In this document: positions 38,401 through 45,775 of the stretch, piece by piece
Position numbering within the stretch: the first letter of the stretch is position 1
Layout: every line of letters begins with the position of its first letter
DNA from: a virus
Taxonomy: Duplodnaviria > Caudoviricetes
IMG/VR virus record: IMGVR_UViG_3300021387_000484
Span: 1-64,000 of that record
Strand: one strand, 5' to 3'
Length of the DNA: 64,000 bases
The notes under the pieces: model-generated
The model's input: only the letters and a program-made list of their open reading frames with translations
Database searches by the model: none
Told to the model about the DNA's origin: nothing
Made by a program: the position numbers and the translations under genes

Positions 38401-40814
38401 CTGTAGTTCTTTGAAATATCCTTTCCGTTTACGACCTTGTGGCCACCCGGCTTTGATGCAGTGCTCTTAGGTGCCCGCTTCTGGCTCTTCGCTTCCTTGA
38501 ACGACTTGCCTTTTAGCTTTCCGCCGCTCATGGCCTCGCCGTTCTCGTTCAACAGGACGTGCGTGCCTTTGATGGTCACCCAGTCATCGTCGTCTTCTCT
38601 GGCAGGGGATTGATAATCGTCAGTATAAACGTGCCCGATGGCGCGTCCTTCCCTTATGGCGTCTATCTTCCCGTTCTTGCCGGGCCTGAATGTAATGGTG
38701 CCCCTATCCTCCTCATCCTTGTGGTTTCTGCTGTCTTTGATGATGGTCTTTGTACGATTGAGAATGACTGTGTAGGTGGCATGTTCCTTGTCACTTCCAA
38801 CCCTGACCGCATCATACCCTAGCGCGGCGGCGTAAGCGTTGATGTCACCAAACCGTGCCCGTAACTTCATGGAACGTTCTTTAAGCAGGTCTTCATACCT
38901 GTCCAATAGGTCATAGGTTATATCATCAATCATTTCTGCCATGTCTTCACCTATGGCAGATTCGGCCTTGCGGCTTTCGCGTTCAGAGACTGCCGGGTCA
39001 CCGCACATGCTCCTCGCATACAAAGCCGCATCGGGTCCGTATTCTTCCTCAATCTCACGGATGCCATCCGCGACCATGCCCTTATCAAAGTCAATGCTTT
39101 TAGAGTTAAACTTTCCGAACCACTTTTCCCCAATGTCTTTGAAGTCTGCTATCTTTGCGCCGGGGGCAAGCGTCATGTCCTCAATGACATAATACGGGTC
39201 AGTTGCGGCATGCCGTCTTGCATAGCCGTTCACTTCGGTTTCAACCTCTTCTGTGCCCTTTCCCGTGTAATCAGTGACAGTGTACATGCCTTTTCCGAAC
39301 AGTGCCCCGCCTTCGCATTCCACGTACCAATCGCCGTTGTAGAGTGCGTCCTGATACGCGTCAAGGACTTCCTGAGAAGAAGCTGAATAGGCTCTCTTCG
39401 CAACGACGCCGCTCTCTTTCACCGCCCTGTCAAACTCTTCGTCTGAGACGACCTGAGGCAAGCCGTCAAAGCCCTGCGCACGCATGACAGACTTGATATC
39501 ACCGTCACCATCGTATGAGTCAAGGATGTTATTTCCACTTACCGGCCTTCGTGTTTTTGGCTCTTCCCTTTTGGGAGTATTCCCGGCTTCTCCTTCCTCA
39601 GCCCCTTTCATCAGCTCAGCAAAAGGGTCGAACTCGTCGGGGTCGCCGCCTTTCATCGCATTGACCACATGTGGGTTTCCCTTATCCGGTTCACCCTCTT
39701 CATTGATATGAACTTTATGTCCATTCTTCGTAGTTATCCAGCGGTCTTCACCAGCGTCTCTTCGCCCTCTGCCGTCACCGTCTTTCCGAAGCGTGTCTGC
39801 GAACTGGCCCTCATCACCGTTTATCCATGCAACCTTTGACAGCGGTATCTTCTTGGAGTAGACCTTGCCGCCTTCACCGCCCGCGTACTGCTGTGCCTGA
39901 ATCCTGCTTGTTGAGACGAACACGCCCTGCCGAATCGGATATGAGGAATAGACCGTAATCTTGCCGGTCTTCTGCGCCTTTTCTGCATCAGCCTTTGAAA
40001 AATCACCCCATGCAAAGCTGTCACCGTCGTCTTCGGTCAAAACCTCATCCCACGTCTTTATGTCGGATGGCTTCCTGATACCGACGTGATAATCGTCAAG
40101 CATCGGATTGTTTTCCTGAATAATCTTATACTGCGCGACCTTCTCTTTTGGCTGGGTCCTCAGCTCGTGCTCAAGTTGTATTCTTTCTCTCTGAGCCTTG
40201 GCTTCTTTTTCCGCTTTTCCCCTGACCTGCCGCTCTCTGCTTTTTCTGGAAGCCTCTTCCTGCTTCTGCTTTTTGTGGGCAAGCCATTCTTCCTTCGTGC
40301 CCTGCCAGTCGGCCTTCAGCATCTCAATCTGGGTCTTTATCTTCGACTTTGCCATCAGGCCCTTGGTGCCTTCAAGCTCTGTCTCAAGCTGTTTTATCTT
40401 GGCCTCTTTATCTGGGCCCGATATCCCGCTACCGGCGGTTTTGTCAACCATCGACTCAATGACTTTCGAGTTACCTTTGTCGGGCACGCCCTCTTCATTT
40501 ATATGGACTTTGTGATTGTTCTTGGTCGTTACCCAGCGGCCCTCTTCGTCTGCGCCATCTTTTCTCTGTCCGCTGTATTCAGCCCACATGGCTTCGACCT
40601 TCTCAACATCGTCACAGTCTCTGGGCTTTACCCCCTCACTGTTCTTCCACTGAGCAAAGTCCCTCTCGGAGTCGTCGTCCTCGAACTTGTCAAGGTTCTC
40701 TTCCAGCCACTCATCGTAGGCATTGTCCATATGGACGGAGTCGGCTCTTTTGTCTTCAGCACGGTAAGCGAACACGAATGCCATTACCGCCTTATTGAAT
40801 TCCTGCGTGGTCAT
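35385..40814 (-). CDS. Polyvalent cargo polyprotein (~1809 aa) with five tag-payload cassettes
   Basis: AAGGAGG RBS before MTTQEF; five W(I/V)T tags; ART-like, duplicated GxGMY ART-like, ParB-like (EGRHR) and C-terminal nuclease-toxin-like domains. Confidence 0.75.
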   Translation of the reverse strand: MTTQEFNKAVMAFVFAYRAEDKRADSVHMDNAYDEWLEENLDKFEDDDSERDFAQWKNSEGVKPRDCDDVEKVEAMWAEYSGQRKDGADEEGRWVTTKNNHKVHINEEGVPDKGNSKVIESMVDKTAGSGISGPDKEAKIKQLETELEGTKGLMAKSKIKTQIEMLKADWQGTKEEWLAHKKQKQEEASRKSRERQVRGKAEKEAKAQRERIQLEHELRTQPKEKVAQYKIIQENNPMLDDYHVGIRKPSDIKTWDEVLTEDDGDSFAWGDFSKADAEKAQKTGKITVYSSYPIRQGVFVSTSRIQAQQYAGGEGGKVYSKKIPLSKVAWINGDEGQFADTLRKDGDGRGRRDAGEDRWITTKNGHKVHINEEGEPDKGNPHVVNAMKGGDPDEFDPFAELMKGAEEGEAGNTPKREEPKTRRPVSGNNILDSYDGDGDIKSVMRAQGFDGLPQVVSDEEFDRAVKESGVVAKRAYSASSQEVLDAYQDALYNGDWYVECEGGALFGKGMYTVTDYTGKGTEEVETEVNGYARRHAATDPYYVIEDMTLAPGAKIADFKDIGEKWFGKFNSKSIDFDKGMVADGIREIEEEYGPDAALYARSMCGDPAVSERESRKAESAIGEDMAEMIDDITYDLLDRYEDLLKERSMKLRARFGDINAYAAALGYDAVRVGSDKEHATYTVILNRTKTIIKDSRNHKDEEDRGTITFRPGKNGKIDAIREGRAIGHVYTDDYQSPAREDDDDWVTIKGTHVLLNENGEAMSGGKLKGKSFKEAKSQKRAPKSTASKPGGHKVVNGKDISKNYRGDPDIVTVIHKQGFDGLPKVVSQKEFDEAVKASGMVAQRIYMASDQKTLDAYRDALYGGEFYVECYGGQALGQGMYTASSYTGQMTDGVKKEIQGYHDKYEDSFKQEGTKSPVSYTETMTLDPSAKIVDYKEAESQYWGTMSVEKRRKISQNCIDGELDKVKEQYGEKAYTYTKYNTDPAGSGVSFSEMAEAAESFDDSTLDKLEAIGKGIKEKADGKLAEALDQLDKSSMAIRQKFMNIGVYAAAMGYDAIRYNTEYATNPDEISYTIILNRTKTIILDGRQNKDSAEEGIITFRPAKDGKVEAIQDGKVVGWVLTNDVQETKADSEGEFDLQLESKLSRLEDIRRRNRTDASFEDEPIDELIDDFDIGDYDEDWITVNGTHILLNEEGKAVNGGDLEGEDFSHAKSEPTIEHRPTPEVGKRKLTDFLPVHSYRDTKAFKDVAAAHKESWEKADELWAKREVLEEAIKAESRPKPKDEWDEEDEYQSLIGKKPRIYTKKGERLKEELSKVEEDWHKQRKARDEASEKLDKMKEQEHKRQVAAYKPNKLKDAKQEDYEGFTLDKTSNSFGDEYLENGKGRIVEMSPREYLERCAYEIFHNGTMESTMGAVDEKTTDKYAEQMKKGVKFDLPYLNYKDMGQEGRHRAVAAYKAGIETIPVLIIGRPNRSDGVIGGKAYKAKKHAPMTRNGLMSKLWLCGNKYISEKLLDSVCGNVTIIVARDIVHCDEEPAEWITTEKGAHIPLDENGKALGGAGGWAKGKDFSEAKTEEKKKKPRRRSKIRHVHKKPIYVVQNGKASVITTGGKGTTETKGPAPSGKPEEAKGTEKPTEAKVEPEAKAPETKAEPESKAPKPEEPKKEEPKPEDSTPEKKEETDPYRKGTIDDPSPYGENVPCTGMKNTECEDDHKDHWVEVGVSSQEEYNKKAIDFIKQPVGGDIDGYLRKPAPGTSMKPVVVRFNRKTGEIAFGIPGSFFLSYYKAKYNKETGESNLSKANAYFDRLKQREG
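36253..36280 (-). promoter_or_regulatory. Sigma-A-type promoter embedded upstream of the last cassette
   Basis: TTGACT-N16-TACAAT with a TGn extension, encoded as LDSVCGNVTI. Confidence 0.55.
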
Positions 40815-40892
40815 CCGCGCCTCCTTTTGCCAAACAACTGACAGGTATCTGTACAAATAAAAATCAGCCCTGTGACAGGCCGATTTTCCCCA

Positions 40893-40922
40893 TAAAAAAA
40901 GCAGGGTGTTTGCCCTGCTTTT
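40893..40922 (-). terminator. Rho-independent (possibly bidirectional) terminator
   Basis: aaaagcaggg-caaaca-ccctgctttt followed by further Ts. Confidence 0.8.
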
Positions 40923-40944
40923 AAATCAACGTATGTTTCTGCTC

Positions 40945-41244
40945 TTACATAAGCCTTCTATCCCGTGGTGTCTTCTTCACAACGGGAATCTTACGGCCTT
41001 TGAGGGAACTGCGTTCCACAACCTTTCCCTCCCACGTGTAGTAGGGGTCTTCCATTTCAGGATGCATCTTCCCCATAAAGTAGTTGCCGCCCATAAAAAC
41101 CATCGCATAAGACTCAAAATCGTGCTTCTCGTCATCACTTGCTGTGGACTTGAGCCTGTGGTTGAACACGCTTTCCTTGTTCCCATTAGGGTCGACCAGA
41201 ACGTACTTGTCCCCCCACATTGTCTCCGGTGCCGGTCCTATCAT
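40945..41244 (-). CDS. Small paralog family member 3 (DPYYTWEGKVVER)
   Basis: Paralogy with 24517 and 32913. Confidence 0.7.
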   Translation of the reverse strand: MIGPAPETMWGDKYVLVDPNGNKESVFNHRLKSTASDDEKHDFESYAMVFMGGNYFMGKMHPEMEDPYYTWEGKVVERSSLKGRKIPVVKKTPRDRRLM

Positions 41245-41380
41245 CGTTTTTCTTCCTGCCTTTTATAACATAGTTATTGGTGTACACGTAGCCAACCACC
41301 TTCCCATCGCGGACGGCTTCCATCCTGCCGTCTCCGGGGCGGAAAGTAATATCATCCTTCGCCATACGTTTTGTACTCAT
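41186..41380 (-). CDS. Stand-alone ITFRP module protein
   Basis: DITFRPGDGRMEAVRDGKVVGYVYTN matches two internal segments of the polyprotein. Confidence 0.55.
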   Translation of the reverse strand: MSTKRMAKDDITFRPGDGRMEAVRDGKVVGYVYTNNYVIKGRKKNDDRTGTGDNVGGQVRSGRP

Positions 41381-41394
41381 GAGAAATTCTTCGC

Positions 41395-41643
41395 TTACTC
41401 CACAATATACCTAGGAAATCTATAAGGCTTCCCGCCGTTGAGTTTTTTCTTGTATTCAAACTCGGACTTGTACGCGTCATAATACTCTCTGTCGTCTGGG
41501 TTTATTTCAAACCCTCCGTCTTCCAGTCGCTTCCCTGCTTCGACCAAATCCATAATTTTATGCATCTTCTTTGTGAACCCGTATTTGTCAGGTTTATCCG
41601 CCTTGCCAAAATTAACTGTCCTAGCGCAATTATCCCAATCCAT
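41395..41643 (-). CDS. Small protein, candidate antitoxin of the zeta-like kinase
   Basis: AAGGAGG RBS, own promoter, directly downstream of the zeta-like gene. Confidence 0.65.
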   Translation of the reverse strand: MDWDNCARTVNFGKADKPDKYGFTKKMHKIMDLVEAGKRLEDGGFEINPDDREYYDAYKSEFEYKKKLNGGKPYRFPRYIVE

Positions 41644-41666
41644 TTCGTCTACCTCCTTCCAAAATT

Positions 41667-41694
41667 ATTATAACATAAGAAGTGTTAGCGTCAA
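41667..41694 (-). promoter_or_regulatory. Sigma-A-type promoter
   Basis: TTGACG-N16-TATAAT with a TGn extension in the intergenic gap. Confidence 0.7.
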
Positions 41695-41717
41695 TTTCCC
41701 CTCGTCGTCTTTGCTGT

Positions 41718-42905
41718 TCACGAAGCTTTTTCCCCTTTTTTCTTCTTCTGCGCTTCGGGCAAACTCTTGAGCTCTTCTATTCGTTTCGGGTCGTATTTGT
41801 AATTGGCATTGTCTAGGAACATTTGATAAAGCTCTTGATTGTGTATTGTGAGTCCTTTCCCACCACCACCGCTGGCAATAAGAACCGGGGGTTCACCCTT
41901 CTTCATGTTTGCATACAGCTTCACATCGTCGAAATCTTTGGCGATTTCAGGAAGTATTTTAGATATCTCTTTATGTGTGTGTATCAAAAGGCCATCTTTA
42001 ACGCTTCTCTCTCTTGCGGTATTTGCTATAATGGCATCTTCTATTGGCTTAAACACATAAACGCCATTAACAGTATGCCCCGCCTCTTTGGCCTCTTTGA
42101 TTTTCTTCCTCATTTTCTCGACGCTTCCGTCGCCTGTACCATCTACCAAGACATTATAGCCATTCTCCTGTGCTATTTTTGTAATACGCTTTGCAAGAGC
42201 GCTCGATTCTTCGTGCACCGGTGAAGGATGGTCAGGGTCATATTCTGGCATAGGCTTCTTGCAAGCATCCGGGTCAACAAGAATGCGTTCGTCTTTGCCC
42301 GGCATATTTAGGTTTTCCGCTTCGTTCTCGACAACATAAGATTTGCCGCTTGCTGGACCGCCCCCCATAAAAGTAGTGACAGGCTTCCCTTTAGCTTTCT
42401 TAACCCCTCTAAACGTATTGTCTATAATCTTGCTATGAAGGGCCTCCCTTTCTTCGGTCCATTCTCCATTGTCATTTGTGTGCATGCGCATGGTTTCGCC
42501 CGAATCGGAAGCTTTATCTTTTGGGTCGACATGCGTCACCCCATAACCGTTTTTAAATGTATGCTCTCGCTTATAACCACCTATCACTTTCGCCTTAGAA
42601 GAAACAGAACTGGACACATACTTTTTTGCACTGGACGCGCCTTTTGTGGCCTTGGACGAAGAAGAACCAGTCTCCTTTTCTGAGCCTTCACCCAAGGCTT
42701 TGAGCTGGCCTCCAATAGGCTTCTTGTTCTCATCAACCGGGATGTGATTTCCTTTGACCGTAATCCATGAATCAGGTTCTTTTTTATCCATACGCCTGTG
42801 CTTGACGTGCTTCCTGACTCTGCTTATCACATACCCATCTTCCCTGCGCTGTTTGAGGGACCGGCGTATCCGACCAAGCTTCGTATCTAAAGTTGTTCTC
42901 TTCAT
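41718..42905 (-). CDS. Tagged zeta-toxin-family P-loop kinase
   Basis: Two leaders (RIRRSLKQRRED, RVRKHVKHRRMD) plus WITVKGNHIP; MGGGPASGKS, VDPD, HEESS, LVDGT. Confidence 0.8.
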   Translation of the reverse strand: MKRTTLDTKLGRIRRSLKQRREDGYVISRVRKHVKHRRMDKKEPDSWITVKGNHIPVDENKKPIGGQLKALGEGSEKETGSSSSKATKGASSAKKYVSSSVSSKAKVIGGYKREHTFKNGYGVTHVDPKDKASDSGETMRMHTNDNGEWTEEREALHSKIIDNTFRGVKKAKGKPVTTFMGGGPASGKSYVVENEAENLNMPGKDERILVDPDACKKPMPEYDPDHPSPVHEESSALAKRITKIAQENGYNVLVDGTGDGSVEKMRKKIKEAKEAGHTVNGVYVFKPIEDAIIANTARERSVKDGLLIHTHKEISKILPEIAKDFDDVKLYANMKKGEPPVLIASGGGGKGLTIHNQELYQMFLDNANYKYDPKRIEELKSLPEAQKKKKGEKAS

Positions 42906-42929
42906 GGTTTCCTCCGTTTCACCGCCCCT

Positions 42930-43463
42930 TCAAAACACGGCGTCACTGAATTCTATCTGTTTTTGCAATAACCTGTGACAGACATATATGCTCTGGAAGT
43001 TCGGGCTGTTTAAAAGCCCCTTGTCTTTGTGATAAAACTTCATCCTGCCTGACGGGATAAGCAACTGGACCCCGTGGTCTCGAAACAGCTCCACCCGCTT
43101 CTTGCTGTCAAACAAACCATTGAAATTCATGACGAGCGCGAACGGAACATCCATTTCAAACAGCCTCTCAAAAATCGCATTCCTCTTGCTAAAAGGCGGA
43201 TTACTCACCACTATGTCCCCGGCAGGCACTGAGTACTCGAAGAAGTCCTGTCCCGTGGCTATATGCCCGTATCTCACGTCAATCCCAAGTTTATTGAATG
43301 TCTGAACAAACCTGCTTTCCTCTGTATCGAAGGGGCACCATATGTTTTTGTACCCCCCCCTCAAAATGTACGGCACAATCATGTCCACAACGTTCTGCGG
43401 GGAATAGTATTCGTCACCGTTAATACTCTGTTTGATTTGAGTTGAAATACTCTTTGTATCCAA
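42930..43463 (-). CDS. Small N6-adenine methyltransferase-like protein
   Basis: DEYYSP, IWCPFD, GQDFF and the catalytic SNPPF motif. Confidence 0.75.
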   Translation of the reverse strand: MDTKSISTQIKQSINGDEYYSPQNVVDMIVPYILRGGYKNIWCPFDTEESRFVQTFNKLGIDVRYGHIATGQDFFEYSVPAGDIVVSNPPFSKRNAIFERLFEMDVPFALVMNFNGLFDSKKRVELFRDHGVQLLIPSGRMKFYHKDKGLLNSPNFQSIYVCHRLLQKQIEFSDAVF

Positions 43464-43466
43464 CGG

Positions 43467-45548
43467 TCACCCCTTTCTTTTGAGCAGTGCGTCTCTGATA
43501 CGTGCCACTTTGTCTTCGATACGCAAGGTGCCTGAAGGTCCTTCTTCGGCGCTGTCCCGGTTCTTATTCGGCGCTATCATGCCCGGCACAAGTATCTCCG
43601 ACTCGCCATTCGTAAACACACTCCCGTAGGTATCTATGGGCCTTATCTCCGCCTCGTAGACCACCCCGTTCGGGTCGAACTTTGCCCCCTGTCCGACATC
43701 GCTTCCTGTAAAGCTCTCCGCCACCTTCCTGCTGAATGTGTAGGATGAAAAAGGGGAAACTCCGTCATATTCCTTGCCTGTCCCGCCCCTGTACATCTTG
43801 ATTGGCGTAACCAAGAATTCGTCATACGGAAGCGGCTCGGTACCCTGTTCCTTGCAGAAATATTTGTAGTTGCCGTACATGATGTTCAGTGCGGCATTAT
43901 GCACCTCAGGGCTTTTGGTCATCTGTGCTACAAGGGCTTCTTTGACTTCGTGGTTGTATTCCGTAAACCACTGGTGGACAGTGCCGCTGTACAGGTTGTC
44001 GGCCAGTGTCTCATCAGCCTCGTCCCTGCTCACCTCTTTGAAGTCCTTGGAGCAAAGGGCAAGTCTTGTCTTGTTGTATTCTTCTTTGCACGCCTCGTAC
44101 CCGTCACCGCCCTCATCCTCTATCTTGTGATAAAAGCCGTAGAGCATCTTTGGGTTCCGCTTGTTGCCTATGTTCTTCTTCACAAAATCATCGAAGCTGT
44201 CTTCAAGGGTTACATCGTACCCAGTCTGCGCTGGCTTTAATGCGTCTGTGAGGCTATCCGCGCTTGGCGGCCCACTACGCAAAAGAGCAGGTCCTTTCGA
44301 ACCCGCTCCCGTCTTTACGCTCTTGGCGCGTGAAAATGTCTTGCCCGTAAGCTTGCCGCCCGACTGTGCCACACCCTGTTCATTGAGAAGCACATGCGTC
44401 CCTTTGACTGTTATCCAATCCTCTTCATCAGCCCTTTCCTTTATGGACTGGCGAATCCGATTAATCCTGTCCTCGATTGAAAGGCTATCCTTGTCATCCA
44501 CCCCTTTCAAAGAATCGCTGTTCTTACGCTTCCTCTTTTTTCTCGGTGTAAATGTATATGTAAACCCAAACTTCGCGGCGTTCTTCTTGTAAAACTCATG
44601 GAACGGTTCCGTTTCCAGCCTGCGGGCTTCCTCTTTCACCTTTGCCTTGTACGATTCATTGTAATCGTTATATCCTGATTCCTTCGTATAGGCATTGAGT
44701 TCGTCATTGGTGGCACCGGAATTTTTCATCTCCATCCACTTGTTTTGTATCTTATGCATTTCCCGCATCTCATGGCAGTTCTCAAGGTTTTCCCTCGCCT
44801 GCTGAAGAAGAGCGAATGCACTTACGTCCCTTGGCATTTCAGCTTCAAGAGCATCCCGCATGTCATGCCATCCCCTTGCCTGTTCTTTCGTACCGTACTT
44901 GTCGTTGACAAGGGAATATGTGCCCTCAGGGCAGGCAATGACCATCTCTCTCGCACCAAATCCAAAATCGTCAAGGTCTTCGGGGGAGAATGTCCCGCCC
45001 TCCGGGTGGTTGTGAATGGAAATGTTGCCTTCCATGTGTTGGCGCTTCTCACCGACCTTGGCGTATACTGAGCCGTGTTCGCCCCTCTTTTCCAGAACGA
45101 TGTTCCCGTCCGTGTCTACGATTCTGAGCTGTTCCTTCCTGAGGTTTGCCGTCTTGCTGATTATCTGCCTGATAGTCTTGTCCTGCGCGGCGGGTCTTTG
45201 ATAAGGCTTTGCTTTTCTGGTGCTCTTTGCTTTCGTAAAGGACATCCCTGCAAGTTTTCCGCCCGACTGAGCCACGCCTTCTTCGTTTAAGAGAACGTGA
45301 GTGCCCTTTATGGTCACCCAGTCCTCTTCGTCTTTGTTCTCGTTCTTCGTATCTGTGTAATCAGCAAGGTCTATGACCTCGCCGTCCCACCGCATGTATG
45401 GAACAGACATCTGCGGATAGAGCGACCTGTAAAACTGCGTCCAGCCATATGTGTTACGGCTCTTTTCGAACCTTCCCTTTTCTATCGCGGTCGCCTGCTT
45501 TGTCATGCAGTCCGCTCTTTCGTCATAGTGCGGTATCTTCATGTCCAT
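43467..45548 (-). CDS. Two-cassette cargo protein: JAB-like protease plus ADP-ribosyltransferase-like domain
   Basis: WVTIKGTHVLL then IHNHPEGGTFSPEDL; internal leader RIRQSIKERAD plus WITVKGTHVLL, then MYRG..FSSYT..ESEILV. Confidence 0.75.
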   Translation of the reverse strand: MDMKIPHYDERADCMTKQATAIEKGRFEKSRNTYGWTQFYRSLYPQMSVPYMRWDGEVIDLADYTDTKNENKDEEDWVTIKGTHVLLNEEGVAQSGGKLAGMSFTKAKSTRKAKPYQRPAAQDKTIRQIISKTANLRKEQLRIVDTDGNIVLEKRGEHGSVYAKVGEKRQHMEGNISIHNHPEGGTFSPEDLDDFGFGAREMVIACPEGTYSLVNDKYGTKEQARGWHDMRDALEAEMPRDVSAFALLQQARENLENCHEMREMHKIQNKWMEMKNSGATNDELNAYTKESGYNDYNESYKAKVKEEARRLETEPFHEFYKKNAAKFGFTYTFTPRKKRKRKNSDSLKGVDDKDSLSIEDRINRIRQSIKERADEEDWITVKGTHVLLNEQGVAQSGGKLTGKTFSRAKSVKTGAGSKGPALLRSGPPSADSLTDALKPAQTGYDVTLEDSFDDFVKKNIGNKRNPKMLYGFYHKIEDEGGDGYEACKEEYNKTRLALCSKDFKEVSRDEADETLADNLYSGTVHQWFTEYNHEVKEALVAQMTKSPEVHNAALNIMYGNYKYFCKEQGTEPLPYDEFLVTPIKMYRGGTGKEYDGVSPFSSYTFSRKVAESFTGSDVGQGAKFDPNGVVYEAEIRPIDTYGSVFTNGESEILVPGMIAPNKNRDSAEEGPSGTLRIEDKVARIRDALLKRKG

Positions 45549-45556
45549 CTCCGTTA

Positions 45557-45775
45557 TCAGAGCATAATACCCTCTTTAGGCGGGTCAACGTAATAGTCCC
45601 ACGGATGCTTTTCATCGACGCATCGCTTGTAGAAAGCCTCCGTCTTTTCGTCTGGCTTTCTAAACCACGGGTTCATGTTCCCCGCGCCGAACATCCCGAT
45701 ATAATCAGCTGTGTGCGGAAAGCCCTGTTCCCTCATCAAATCAGCTATGGCCTTATCCCTCTGTGTCAGTTTCAC
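45557..45775 (-). CDS. Small hypothetical protein coupled to the portal fusion gene
   Basis: Overlaps the portal stop codon (GTGA). Confidence 0.55.
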   Translation of the reverse strand: MKLTQRDKAIADLMREQGFPHTADYIGMFGAGNMNPWFRKPDEKTEAFYKRCVDEKHPWDYYVDPPKEGIML

